Source: a virus (taxonomy: Duplodnaviria > Heunggongvirae > Uroviricota > Caudoviricetes). Taken from it: a stretch of 7,251 nt of DNA. Shown here one piece after another: positions 1-6,840 of the stretch. Every line of letters starts with the position of its first letter. Position 1 is the stretch's first letter. The position numbers and the translations under genes were made by a program. The notes beneath the pieces were generated by a model. The model did not search any database and was not told the DNA's origin. It worked only from the letters and a program-made list of their open reading frames with translations. The stretch is taken from the IMG/VR virus record IMGVR_UViG_2537562172_000004, positions 1 to 7,251 of that record. The stretch is one strand, 5' to 3'.

Positions 1-129
1 CTATTTATCGGAAGGTTTATCTTGCTGCGGTTTGTTGTTGACCATATCGCACAACATAGAGAGCAGCATTAACCGTACTTTAAAGGGAGAATGACTAAAC
101 ACGCGCATACACCTCTTGAACTCATTCAT
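1..129 (-). CDS. Small hypothetical protein (42 aa), possibly a flanking host gene
   Basis: Window begins with cta (TAG on the minus strand). In-frame ATG at 127-129 is preceded on the minus strand by AGGAGG (plus 134-139) with a 4-nt spacer. Next in-frame stop upstream is at 178-180, so the ORF is at most 42 aa. Translation MNEFKRCMRVFSHSPFKVRLMLLSMLCDMVNNKPQQDKPSDK. Below the ORF-track size cutoff; no family recognised. Confidence 0.3.
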   Translation of the reverse strand: MNEFKRCMRVFSHSPFKVRLMLLSMLCDMVNNKPQQDKPSDK

Positions 130-158
130 AAGACCTCCTGACTTGCTAATCCCGTCGA

Positions 159-178
159 TCCTTGAGGGATGATTGCAT
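159..178. repeat. Left copy of imperfect direct repeat (TCCTTGAGGGATGATTGCAT); candidate att core
   Basis: Hand alignment to 6875-6895 (TCCTTGATAGGATTATTGCAT) gives 18 identical positions, 2 mismatches and one 1-nt gap. It lies about 120 bp beyond the int stop, where P2-family att sites sit. Significance not computed. Confidence 0.35.
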
Positions 179-248
179 TACATACAGATATAGCACAGGC
201 TATATTATAAAGCATCAACTATCTACGAAAAACAATAACTTACAGTGT

Positions 249-261
249 TATCAATAAGTTA
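249..261 (+). promoter_or_regulatory. IHF-like site TATCAATAAGTTA (matches WATCAANNNNTTR)
   Basis: Exact match to the IHF consensus in the AT-rich stretch between the candidate att core and the int 3' end. Single consensus matches can occur by chance. Confidence 0.3.
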
Positions 262-296
262 CGTTAGTTAATATCTGTGAGTATTCGGCAGTATTT

Positions 297-1337
297 CTAA
301 GCTGTCGCGACATTTTTGCGACATTTTAAGGGGTTAAGTCGCACGGCATCTTCAAGGTGGCTTGGGGCGAAATGGGCATAACGCATTGTCATAGTGATGT
401 CAGCGTGGCCGAGAATTTTTTGCAGAACCAGAATGTTTCCGCCGTTCATCATAAAGTGGCTGGCAAATGTATGGCGCAGTACATGGGTAAGCTGGCCGGA
501 GGGGAGTTCAATGCCTGCACGTTCCAGAGCAGAGCGGAAAGCGTTGTAGCAGGGCTTGGGGAACAGAGCGCCTTTTGTTTCAGGTAATTCGGACAGAAGT
601 TCATCATCAAGGGGAATTGTTCTGTTGCGCTTCCCTTTGGTTTTGACGAACGTGACTTTACCCCCGGCGATCTGGGAGCTTTTCAGCGTTGCCGCCTCAT
701 TCCACCTTGCGCCGGTAGCAAGGCAGATTTTGACAACTAATTCTAGGTACTTAACTTTACTTCGTTTGCATTCCAGTAAAAGCCGATCAATTTCTTCGGT
801 AGTGAGGAAAGCCATTTCGGTTTCATCAGTACGATACTGTCTGACGTTTTCTAGTGGGTTGGGTGCTGACCATTCACCAATCCGTTTCAGCTCGTTGAAC
901 ATAGCCAGGAAGTAAGCATGTTCAAGGTTCATAGTTTTCGGGGAAACCTTAGATACTCTGTTGGTACGGGCATAATGCCCATCCAGCCTTTTAGCGCGGT
1001 AGGCTGTGAACAACTGGGCATTAAATTCTGTGGCCAGCGGGAATCCCATGCATTCCGCCGCCCAGGTCATAGCATTTTTACGCTTTTCGCCATTGCTCAA
1101 AGCTACGCCGTGGCGTTCATACCACATTGTTATCAGATCTATTAAAGTTCGCTTGTCCTTCCCTTCACCCAGCCACGGAGCTGCGTCTACTTTCTGAAGC
1201 GTATGGTTTTCGAATGCCAGGGCTTCCCCTTTCGTGGCAAATTTTTTACGTATACGCTTCCCGTTCTTGCCATTACTGCGGTTGACGGTGTAGAAGTCGG
1301 CGATCCATTCGCCTGTAGGAAGTTTACGAACGCTCAT
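297..1337 (-). CDS. int: Tyrosine-type site-specific integrase, P2/186 family
   Basis: 346-aa ORF. Tyrosine-recombinase signature is visible in the translation: TGARWNE, then HVLRHTFASHF, then TMRYAHF with the catalytic Tyr. Overall layout resembles P2-family Int. Its ATG (1335-1337) lies 1 nt after the cI stop (TAA-A-ATG on the minus strand), as in the 186 cI-int operon. Confidence 0.93.
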   Translation of the reverse strand: MSVRKLPTGEWIADFYTVNRSNGKNGKRIRKKFATKGEALAFENHTLQKVDAAPWLGEGKDKRTLIDLITMWYERHGVALSNGEKRKNAMTWAAECMGFPLATEFNAQLFTAYRAKRLDGHYARTNRVSKVSPKTMNLEHAYFLAMFNELKRIGEWSAPNPLENVRQYRTDETEMAFLTTEEIDRLLLECKRSKVKYLELVVKICLATGARWNEAATLKSSQIAGGKVTFVKTKGKRNRTIPLDDELLSELPETKGALFPKPCYNAFRSALERAGIELPSGQLTHVLRHTFASHFMMNGGNILVLQKILGHADITMTMRYAHFAPSHLEDAVRLNPLKCRKNVATA

Positions 1338-1338
1338 T

Positions 1339-1920
1339 TTATTTTATCGTCAGAACAACGCGGCCTATGATTTTTATGTCGTCAATTCCGCAATCAAATG
1401 CCATACCAACACCGCTAACTCTGACTTTTCGTACCGGAATCCGTGTAAGAGTGCGGACGCTTGTTTTTCCTTCAACTTCAACCAACCAATCATCGTCATA
1501 AACTTCAGAATAAGACTGGTCAACAATGTACTGAACAAGGCCATCCAGAACACAAATCGGTTGTTGCGGTAAGGGCTTACCAGGCAGGAAGATGACTTTA
1601 TCAAGCATAAGTGTGCCAGCGTCATAGAGTTGGCCATCAACAATCTTGCTGCGCGGTATTTTGAGTATGTCTAATTCATCATCATTAAATTTACGTCCCT
1701 GTCCTGTCGCCAGCCACTCCAGATTAGCGCCTGTTTCGGCTACACATTTCACGACAATGTCTGCCGGGAAAACTCCACGCTTGTAGCGTGAAGAAAGAGA
1801 ACTGGCTGCCATGTCCAGATGTTCCGCGAGCTGTAACTTCTGCGTAAATCCGTAAGCCTCGATCACCCTGTCAAGAATCGGTGTGCTATCTACGTTTAGG
1901 TCGATTTTAAATGTGCTCAT
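1339..1920 (-). CDS. cI: CI-type immunity repressor (coliphage 186 type)
   Basis: 193-aa ORF from the ATG at 1918-1920; the track ORF extends to a GTG at 1960-1962, which would lie inside the promoter/operator region. Size matches 186 CI (192 aa). It sits immediately upstream of and coupled to int, divergent from apl-cII. N-terminal HTH-like segment FTQKLQLAEHLDMAASSLSSRYKRG. No GDSM Ser-Lys autopeptidase motif seen. Confidence 0.8.
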   Translation of the reverse strand: MSTFKIDLNVDSTPILDRVIEAYGFTQKLQLAEHLDMAASSLSSRYKRGVFPADIVVKCVAETGANLEWLATGQGRKFNDDELDILKIPRSKIVDGQLYDAGTLMLDKVIFLPGKPLPQQPICVLDGLVQYIVDQSYSEVYDDDWLVEVEGKTSVRTLTRIPVRKVRVSGVGMAFDCGIDDIKIIGRVVLTIK

Positions 1921-1934
1921 AGCGAATCCATAAG

Positions 1935-1947
1935 TCTCGATTCGAGA
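1935..1947. promoter_or_regulatory. Perfect 13-bp palindrome TCTCGA-T-TCGAGA; candidate repressor operator
   Basis: Seen directly. A degenerate second copy TCTCGA-A-ACGCGA (10 of 13) lies 29 bp to the right at 1964-1976, inside the spacer of the candidate rightward promoter. Confidence 0.45.
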
Positions 1948-1955
1948 AATTAAAA

Positions 1956-1984
1956 TTGACACTTCTCGAAACGCGAATTAATCT
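1956..1984 (+). promoter_or_regulatory. Candidate rightward early promoter (pR-like)
   Basis: Consensus -35 TTGACA at 1956-1961, then a 17-nt spacer to a weak -10 TAATCT at 1979-1984 (alternatively ATTAAT at 1977-1982). Positioned between the cI start and the apl SD. A possible convergent leftward promoter (-35 TTAACC on the minus strand at plus 2033-2038, -10 TATATA near plus 2009-2014) is much less certain. Confidence 0.4.
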
Positions 1985-2055
1985 GGCTCCATATTTCGAA
2001 TGTTGCCTTATATAACCCTGTATTGCCGTACAGGTTAACTTGTGGAGTTTGCCTC

Positions 2056-2277
2056 ATGCGTCCGAACATTACAATCATCATCCCTGAGCCATACCTGCCT
2101 TTAGACGAGTATTGCCGCCGTACTGGTACCAACAAAGAAACCGCCAGGAACCTGATCGAATACGGGAAATTACCTATTAAGCCGAAGGGTAAGCAGAAGA
2201 AAGGCTTGGTCGAAGTCAACATGGCCGCGCTCACTATTCAGGCTTTAAGCGAATGTGACATTTCGCTTAACGCGTAA
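2056..2277 (+). CDS. apl: Apl/Cox-like excisionase and switch regulator
   Basis: 73-aa ORF from ATG 2056, preceded by GGAG at 2044-2047 (8-nt spacer). The track ORF starts at an upstream TTG (2023) with no SD. First gene rightward of the switch. Segment PYLPLDEYCRRTGTNKETARNLIEYGKLP resembles the DNA-binding region of P2 Cox as I recall it. Confidence 0.7.
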   Translation: MRPNITIIIPEPYLPLDEYCRRTGTNKETARNLIEYGKLPIKPKGKQKKGLVEVNMAALTIQALSECDISLNA

Positions 2278-2307
2278 TCCATCCTACGGATTCGGGAGAG
2301 GCAAACA

Positions 2308-2811
2308 ATGTTTGATTACCAGACCTCTAAACATGCGCACTTTGATGCGGCTTGCCGAGCATTTGCAATTGAGCACAATCTTGAAGATGTGGCCGCTGCC
2401 GTTGGTATGAGGCCGCAGATCCTGCGCAACAAACTGAACCCAGCACAACCGCACCGCCTGACCTGTGATGAGCTTTTGGCTATCACGGATTACACCGAAG
2501 ATGCGCGTTTGCTTGATGGGATGTTAGGTCAGATTAACTGCCTTCCATCCGTGCCGGTGAACAATGCCACAGAAGGCAACATGCAGTTGTGCGCACTGAG
2601 TGCCACAGCCAGTGTGGGCGCGATTGCTGGGGAAGCCGTATCAACTGGCTATATGACTGCCGCCCGCCGTACTCAAATTCTGGATCGTGCCCGCGATGCA
2701 ATCCGTAGCTTATCCGTGCTGGCTTATACCGTTGAAAGCCGTATTCACTCTGCGCCTGTTCTGGCTGCGGCGGTGGAGCTGGTCACAACCAACGCCACCG
2801 GCCTGATGTGA
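2308..2811 (+). CDS. cII: CII-like HTH transcriptional activator (186 type)
   Basis: 167-aa ORF; SD GGGAGAGG 6 nt upstream of the ATG. HTH-like segment LEDVAAAVGMRPQILRNKL. Size and position (second gene of the rightward operon) match 186 CII (169 aa). Confidence 0.75.
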   Translation: MFDYQTSKHAHFDAACRAFAIEHNLEDVAAAVGMRPQILRNKLNPAQPHRLTCDELLAITDYTEDARLLDGMLGQINCLPSVPVNNATEGNMQLCALSATASVGAIAGEAVSTGYMTAARRTQILDRARDAIRSLSVLAYTVESRIHSAPVLAAAVELVTTNATGLM

Positions 2812-2820
2812 GGGAACACC

Positions 2821-2994
2821 ATGAAAGCGTTTGTCACTTACCTGAAAAAAGAATCACCAGCCATGCAGTTGCCGAGTGGTTCAACGGGCTGGATAGAACT
2901 GCCAAACGGTCAGCGCTGGAACCCTGGCCACATGTACAAATTCAATGGCCAGCAGCCGCGCCGCCCGTGGTGGCGTCGTCTGATGGGACTATAG
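2821..2994 (+). CDS. Small hypothetical early protein (57 aa)
   Basis: Not in the ORF track. ATG 2821 is preceded by GAGGGAA (2810-2816); stop TAG at 2992-2994. Translation MKAFVTYLKKESPAMQLPSGSTGWIELPNGQRWNPGHMYKFNGQQPRRPWWRRLMGL. Occupies the slot that fil/dhr-type small early genes take in 186; homology not established. Confidence 0.4.
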   Translation: MKAFVTYLKKESPAMQLPSGSTGWIELPNGQRWNPGHMYKFNGQQPRRPWWRRLMGL

Positions 2995-3002
2995 GGGGCG
3001 TT

Positions 3003-3269
3003 ATGGCGATTAGCCAGGAACAGCAAAAGCGCGGGCTGGAGCATTTAAAACAGATCCGCCGCAAATACTTCAACGAAAGCAGCGAGGCCGCTGAATGGTG
3101 GGACAACTTAACACCGGAGTGGCGCGGCGTGGTGCTTCATGCTGCTGCGGTTACTTCTGGTTCCGGGGCATTTAAAGCCCACTTAAGCAAATGTTGCTGG
3201 CGTGAGATTTATGAACGCCTGGGCTATCGGGACATGATTCAACTGCGCCAACGCAGAAACGACCGTTAA
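3003..3269 (+). CDS. Small hypothetical early protein (88 aa)
   Basis: ATG 3003 is preceded by AGGGGG (2993-2998). It is the C-terminal part of track ORF 2808-3269, whose GTG start overlaps the cII stop; I prefer the internal ATG with its SD. Translation begins MAISQEQQKRGLEHLKQIRRKYFNESSEAAEWWDNL. Confidence 0.5.
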   Translation: MAISQEQQKRGLEHLKQIRRKYFNESSEAAEWWDNLTPEWRGVVLHAAAVTSGSGAFKAHLSKCCWREIYERLGYRDMIQLRQRRNDR

Positions 3270-3305
3270 GAATATTGCATTTAACTACATAGTGAGACTC
3301 GCATA

Positions 3306-3893
3306 ATGACTTTTAAAATGAGTGAAACCGATCAAACAGTTACTGTTTATAACCTGCGTTCCGACACGAATGAATTTATTGGTTCAGGTGATGCTTTTAT
3401 TCCTGCGCATACTGGACTGCCAGCCAACTGCACAACAATAAAACCACCGGTAATCAAAGTGGGGTTTGTGGCAATTTTTGATTCAGAGAAGCAAAGATGG
3501 ATTTCCCGTGAGGATCATCGTGGTGAGGTGGTGTTTGATACAGAAAACGGTAATGAACTGGTGATCACCGAGCCAGGTGTTTACCCGGAAGGGACAACCA
3601 CGTTAGCACCGGCTAATGCCTGGCAAAAATGGAATGGTAAGGCGTGGGTGGATGATGCGGAGGCCATGCGAATTGTATTAGTCAGCGAGGCAGACGCCGA
3701 AAAGAAAAGCCTGCTTAAACAGGCCAATGACGCCATTGCCACATTGCAGGATGCCGTTGATTTAGACATGGCAACCGAAGAAGAAGCACTGCTGCTTACC
3801 GCATGGAAAAAATACCGCGTTTTACTGAATCGTATTCAACCGGAAGATGCGCCGGAAATTGTGTGGCCGGAGGTGCCTGGAAATGTGGCGTGA
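3306..3893 (+). CDS. tfa: Tail fibre assembly protein (lambda Tfa / P2 gpG family)
   Basis: 195-aa ORF. The N-terminus MTFKMSETDQTVTVYNLRSDTNEFIGSGDAFIPAHTGLPAN and the C-terminal block LLTAWKKYRVLLNRIQPEDAPEIVWPEVP match the conserved ends of lambda Tfa-family proteins as I recall them. No tail fibre gene precedes it. Confidence 0.85.
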   Translation: MTFKMSETDQTVTVYNLRSDTNEFIGSGDAFIPAHTGLPANCTTIKPPVIKVGFVAIFDSEKQRWISREDHRGEVVFDTENGNELVITEPGVYPEGTTTLAPANAWQKWNGKAWVDDAEAMRIVLVSEADAEKKSLLKQANDAIATLQDAVDLDMATEEEALLLTAWKKYRVLLNRIQPEDAPEIVWPEVPGNVA

Positions 3894-4608
3894 AGCACGT
3901 CTGGCCTTTACGGATTCTGTTGCTGCTCTGAACTGTTCGATCGTCCCTGCGCATCCGTGGATTTATGGGCTGGGACAGCAGACAGCGAATGGGGCATATC
4001 TCAGTCCGGTTAATGCCGTTCGCTATCTTGCTGAACGCCTGGCCGGAACTGGAGGGAATGCGGACGTGGTGATTATGATGGTCACCGGACAGACGCAGGA
4101 AAACTTTATGGTCAGCCTGAATAACCTGGTCGGGATATTCCCCGCCCCGGCATTCACGCAGGTCAAACGGCTGGCGCAATCTGCCGCAGCTCTGGCTATT
4201 GAAAAGATGCAGATCCCTGCGAAATCCGGCGCTGCGTTACCTGCGTCCATTCCGCTGTCTGTACCAACCAGCAGGGTTGCTTTATCTGCTGCGGCAATCA
4301 GCCAGGCACAAAAGGCGGCGGGTGCCGGGTTTGATATCGAAGGGCTGAAAAAACAGCTGGGCGAGTTCACGCAGCTGCGTGACCAGCTTATCAGTGACGT
4401 GGTCAGCGGCCTGAATGATTTACAGGGAAAAAGTGCCAGAGCGTGGGTTTTTACTGCCAGCGGAGACACCGGCACCACGTTACTGGAACTGATGAAGGAC
4501 ATTCCGCAGCAGTCTGCCGTTTACACCGCAGCCATGATGCTGGTTGGTGATAATCTTGATGGAATAAAGGGAATGATTCATGACTTCGATCCCGACACTG
4601 GCGCTTAA
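3883..4608 (+). CDS. Uncharacterised protein A (241 aa), first of a coupled three-gene module
   Basis: ATG 3883 with GGAGGTG at 3869-3875; overlaps the tfa stop by 11 nt. The track start at ATG 3847 has its only purine-rich stretch (GGAAG, 3842-3846) directly abutting the ATG. Globular-looking N-terminal half, Ala-rich C-terminal half (SAAALAIEKMQ, ALSAAAISQAQKAAGAG). No Walker or nuclease motif seen. Confidence 0.7.
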   Translation: MWREARLAFTDSVAALNCSIVPAHPWIYGLGQQTANGAYLSPVNAVRYLAERLAGTGGNADVVIMMVTGQTQENFMVSLNNLVGIFPAPAFTQVKRLAQSAAALAIEKMQIPAKSGAALPASIPLSVPTSRVALSAAAISQAQKAAGAGFDIEGLKKQLGEFTQLRDQLISDVVSGLNDLQGKSARAWVFTASGDTGTTLLELMKDIPQQSAVYTAAMMLVGDNLDGIKGMIHDFDPDTGA

Positions 4609-5125
4609 TGGCGAGGCCATCCAGCTGAAAAACATGCGGGTGACCGTTTCACAGCAGTTTCAGGATAAAGATCAGTCCGGCCAGACCAGCGCCACAACAA
4701 AATCAGAGCAGGGAGCAAAGGGAAAGGAACTGCGGATCAGCGGTGAAATACCTTTTAAACAGCCTGAAATACTGAAGCGTATTTTTGAGCTGGCCAGTGC
4801 TACCGATGCCAGTGGTAATCGTCAGAAGTACCGCGTGGCGCATGAAGTTGCCCGTGCAGTTAATTTTCGTGAAGCAACGTTCAGCGGAATGCTGGATGCG
4901 CCCCAGCAGGACGGGAAAATGTCCTGGCTGGTGACATTCACACTGGCGGAACATATCAGCGTGCAGGAAAAGCGAGAGGCCAGGGCAACAGGTAAGACGA
5001 CCGCAAAAAAACAGACTGCCGGTAGTGCGGGACAGTCCGGTGGCCAGTCTGCCGGAGAGGATGAAGAAAAACTGACGTGGTTTGAACGCAAGGTGCTGAA
5101 GCCCGTCAATGATGCTTTGGGTTAA
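4580..5125 (+). CDS. Uncharacterised protein B (181 aa), low-complexity Gln/Ser/Gly/Thr/Lys-rich segments
   Basis: ATG 4580 with GGGA at 4569-4572; overlaps the end of A by 29 nt in another frame. Two low-complexity stretches (QDKDQSGQTSATTKSEQGAKGKE; ARATGKTTAKKQTAGSAGQSGGQSAGEDEEK) flank a more ordinary core. Confidence 0.7.
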   Translation: MTSIPTLALNGEAIQLKNMRVTVSQQFQDKDQSGQTSATTKSEQGAKGKELRISGEIPFKQPEILKRIFELASATDASGNRQKYRVAHEVARAVNFREATFSGMLDAPQQDGKMSWLVTFTLAEHISVQEKREARATGKTTAKKQTAGSAGQSGGQSAGEDEEKLTWFERKVLKPVNDALG

Positions 5126-5127
5126 TA

Positions 5128-6828
5128 ATGAAACCAGTAAAACGTCTTTACCTTTCAACGGATGAAATTCACCTGGTGGATGCCAGCCTGGTACTGGAGC
5201 TGAACAGCTGCGGTCGGGGCTTCATCACCGCAGAGACAACAACCGATTACACCGGAAAACTGGTGCGGCTGGATGTGGGGTATACCGATCTGCTTTTGCG
5301 CTGGTTTACGGGGTACGTGGAGCGATCGCAGCCCGCAGAAAACGGTTTTCAGCGTCTGTTCATTCGTGAACTGGTAGGTGTGTTTGAAAGGATGTGGCCA
5401 TGTTCGTTTCAGCACCCGACTTTGCGTGAAATTGCGGGCTGGCTGGAAGAAAACAGCGGGATCACGGTCAGTGTGCCTGATGCACAGTACAGCGATACCC
5501 CTATCCCACATTTTACTCATAACGGTACCGGCTATCAGTTGCTGAACAATCTGGGCAGGGCGTTCAGTATCCAGGATTACATCTGGTACCAGTTGCCTGA
5601 TGGTTCGCTTTACGTCGGCGGTGCAGAAAAGTCATTGTTTGCCGGTCGTCCCGTAGAAATCCCGTCAGAGTTCAGCCAGGGGGCTGCTGGTGGTAACTCT
5701 GTGACATTACCAGTGATCCAGACTATGCGGCCAGGGGTGGAGATGAACGGTGAACGCGTGACTAAAGTTCACCTGACTAATGACACGATGGCGATCACAT
5801 GGACGCCGAGAAACCGCGCAACGGGTAAACCTTTGCAGAAAACACCGGCGCAACGGCAGATTGAAAGCCATTACCCGGAACTGGCATCCGGGCTTCATTT
5901 GCCAAAGATGGCCAGAGTCGTGGCGCATTCAGAGCCGGTAAAAAGCGGTAACTTTGCCGATCCCTTCCGTCCACGTTACGCCGTGGACGTGCAGCTGCTT
6001 GACGCAGACGGAAATCCGGACAATCAGACACCTGTTTATTCAGCGGTGCCGCTGCCGGTACCAATGGCCGGGAATGATTCGGGTATGTTTCAGTTTCCGC
6101 CAGAAGGGACGCTGGTTGAGGTTGCATTCACGGGAGGCAGACCGGATAAACCCTTTATCAGGCAGACCCTGCCGGATGGTACCAGCCTGCCGGACGTTAA
6201 ACCCGGTGAGCAATTGCAGCAGCAGCGGGAAGAAGTATGCCAGAGAGTGACGCAGGCTGGAGACTGGGTAAGGCAGACCGATCAGACCATCAGAGAAACA
6301 TCAATGGTGCGAACCGTAAAAGCCGATACAGAACAGCGCGAGCTGGTCAGCCGTGAAACCACGGTGAAAGCCACGGATAAAACCACGGTACTGGGAACCG
6401 CCACACTGCTGGCCGGAGCCATCCAGCATGTAAGCGCCGGTGATTATAGCCAGGCGGTGAAAGGTAACAGGCTGGCCAGCATTGAAGGGAATGACGAAAC
6501 TGAGATAACCGGGAAACAGTCCACTAAGGTGGCGGGAGCCGTAGATGTGGATGTGGGGGGAACCCTGACTGAAAAGATTGCTGCATTACGCAAATCGGTG
6601 GCATCGGGCGGTCAGCAGATTATGGGGCCAACCGTCCATATCGGCAGTGAAAGTGTAAACACGCTGACCATGATGTTGGACACCATTGATTTACTGGCAG
6701 AGCTGGCGCAGCAATGTGCGAGTCATTCGCACCCCAGTGTTGGTACGCCAACCAATGCCGGAGCGTTTACCCGGACGGCGACAAAGGCCGGACAGACCCG
6801 GAGCAAGTACCAGAACATCATTGCCTGA
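5128..6828 (+). CDS. Uncharacterised protein C (566 aa), bipartite with Thr/Gly/Ala/Val-rich C-terminal part
   Basis: ATG 5128 lies 2 nt after the B stop. Long uninterrupted ORF. Ordinary-looking N-terminal ~330 aa; C-terminal part rich in T/G/A/V with an HSH tripeptide near the end (QQCASHSHPSVGTPTNAGAF). No P-loop seen. Confidence 0.8.
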   Translation: MKPVKRLYLSTDEIHLVDASLVLELNSCGRGFITAETTTDYTGKLVRLDVGYTDLLLRWFTGYVERSQPAENGFQRLFIRELVGVFERMWPCSFQHPTLREIAGWLEENSGITVSVPDAQYSDTPIPHFTHNGTGYQLLNNLGRAFSIQDYIWYQLPDGSLYVGGAEKSLFAGRPVEIPSEFSQGAAGGNSVTLPVIQTMRPGVEMNGERVTKVHLTNDTMAITWTPRNRATGKPLQKTPAQRQIESHYPELASGLHLPKMARVVAHSEPVKSGNFADPFRPRYAVDVQLLDADGNPDNQTPVYSAVPLPVPMAGNDSGMFQFPPEGTLVEVAFTGGRPDKPFIRQTLPDGTSLPDVKPGEQLQQQREEVCQRVTQAGDWVRQTDQTIRETSMVRTVKADTEQRELVSRETTVKATDKTTVLGTATLLAGAIQHVSAGDYSQAVKGNRLASIEGNDETEITGKQSTKVAGAVDVDVGGTLTEKIAALRKSVASGGQQIMGPTVHIGSESVNTLTMMLDTIDLLAELAQQCASHSHPSVGTPTNAGAFTRTATKAGQTRSKYQNIIA

Positions 6829-6840
6829 CCATTCCAGACA

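Noticed and set aside
236-261. AT-rich hairpin (TAACTTA / TAAGTTA) followed on the minus strand by a T-rich run, as a possible int terminator
   Set aside because: The stem is almost entirely A-T with a 12-nt loop, and it overlaps the IHF-consensus site; too weak to call.
1-296. Possible tRNA gene as integration target at the left end
   Set aside because: I find no T-arm GGTTCGAATCC-like motif, CCA-proximal acceptor stem or cloverleaf-compatible sequence; the region is AT-rich with an IHF-like site instead.
357-1197. Four plus-strand track ORFs (357-587, 556-915, 918-1145, 1006-1197)
   Set aside because: They lie entirely inside the integrase gene on the opposite strand, have no SD I can see and give low-complexity or odd translations; they are antisense artefacts of a long ORF.
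1374-1643. Minus-strand 89-aa track ORF
   Set aside because: Out-of-frame overlap within the cI coding region; the CI frame gives the coherent repressor-like protein.
1339-1962. Longer 207-aa form of CI starting at GTG 1960-1962
   Set aside because: The extension would cover the palindromic operator and the -35 of the rightward promoter. The internal ATG at 1918-1920 gives a 193-aa product matching 186 CI in size.
2023-2055. TTG-initiated N-terminal extension of apl
   Set aside because: No ribosome-binding site upstream of the TTG, whereas the ATG at 2056 has GGAG at optimal spacing; the extension would also overlap the putative leftward promoter.
1950-2234. Minus-strand 94-aa track ORF across the switch region and apl
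   Set aside because: Antisense to apl with no SD; no P2/186 gene is known at this position on this strand.
2276-2292. Short hairpin AATCC-N7-GGATT after the apl stop
   Set aside because: Short stem, no downstream U-tract, and it is followed immediately by the cII SD; unlikely to be a terminator.
5686-5693. Chi site GCTGGTGG on the plus strand
   Set aside because: A single octamer inside a coding region is compatible with chance; no clustering or orientation pattern to interpret.
3581-6250. Antisense or alternate-frame track ORFs (3581-3769, 3796-4179, 4023-4502, 4703-5158, 4822-5109, 5155-5520, 5707-5928, 5795-6127 on minus; 5954-6250 on plus)
   Set aside because: All are embedded in the long, tightly coupled tfa-A-B-C reading frames, lack SD sequences and translate to Cys/Arg/Pro-rich unlikely proteins.
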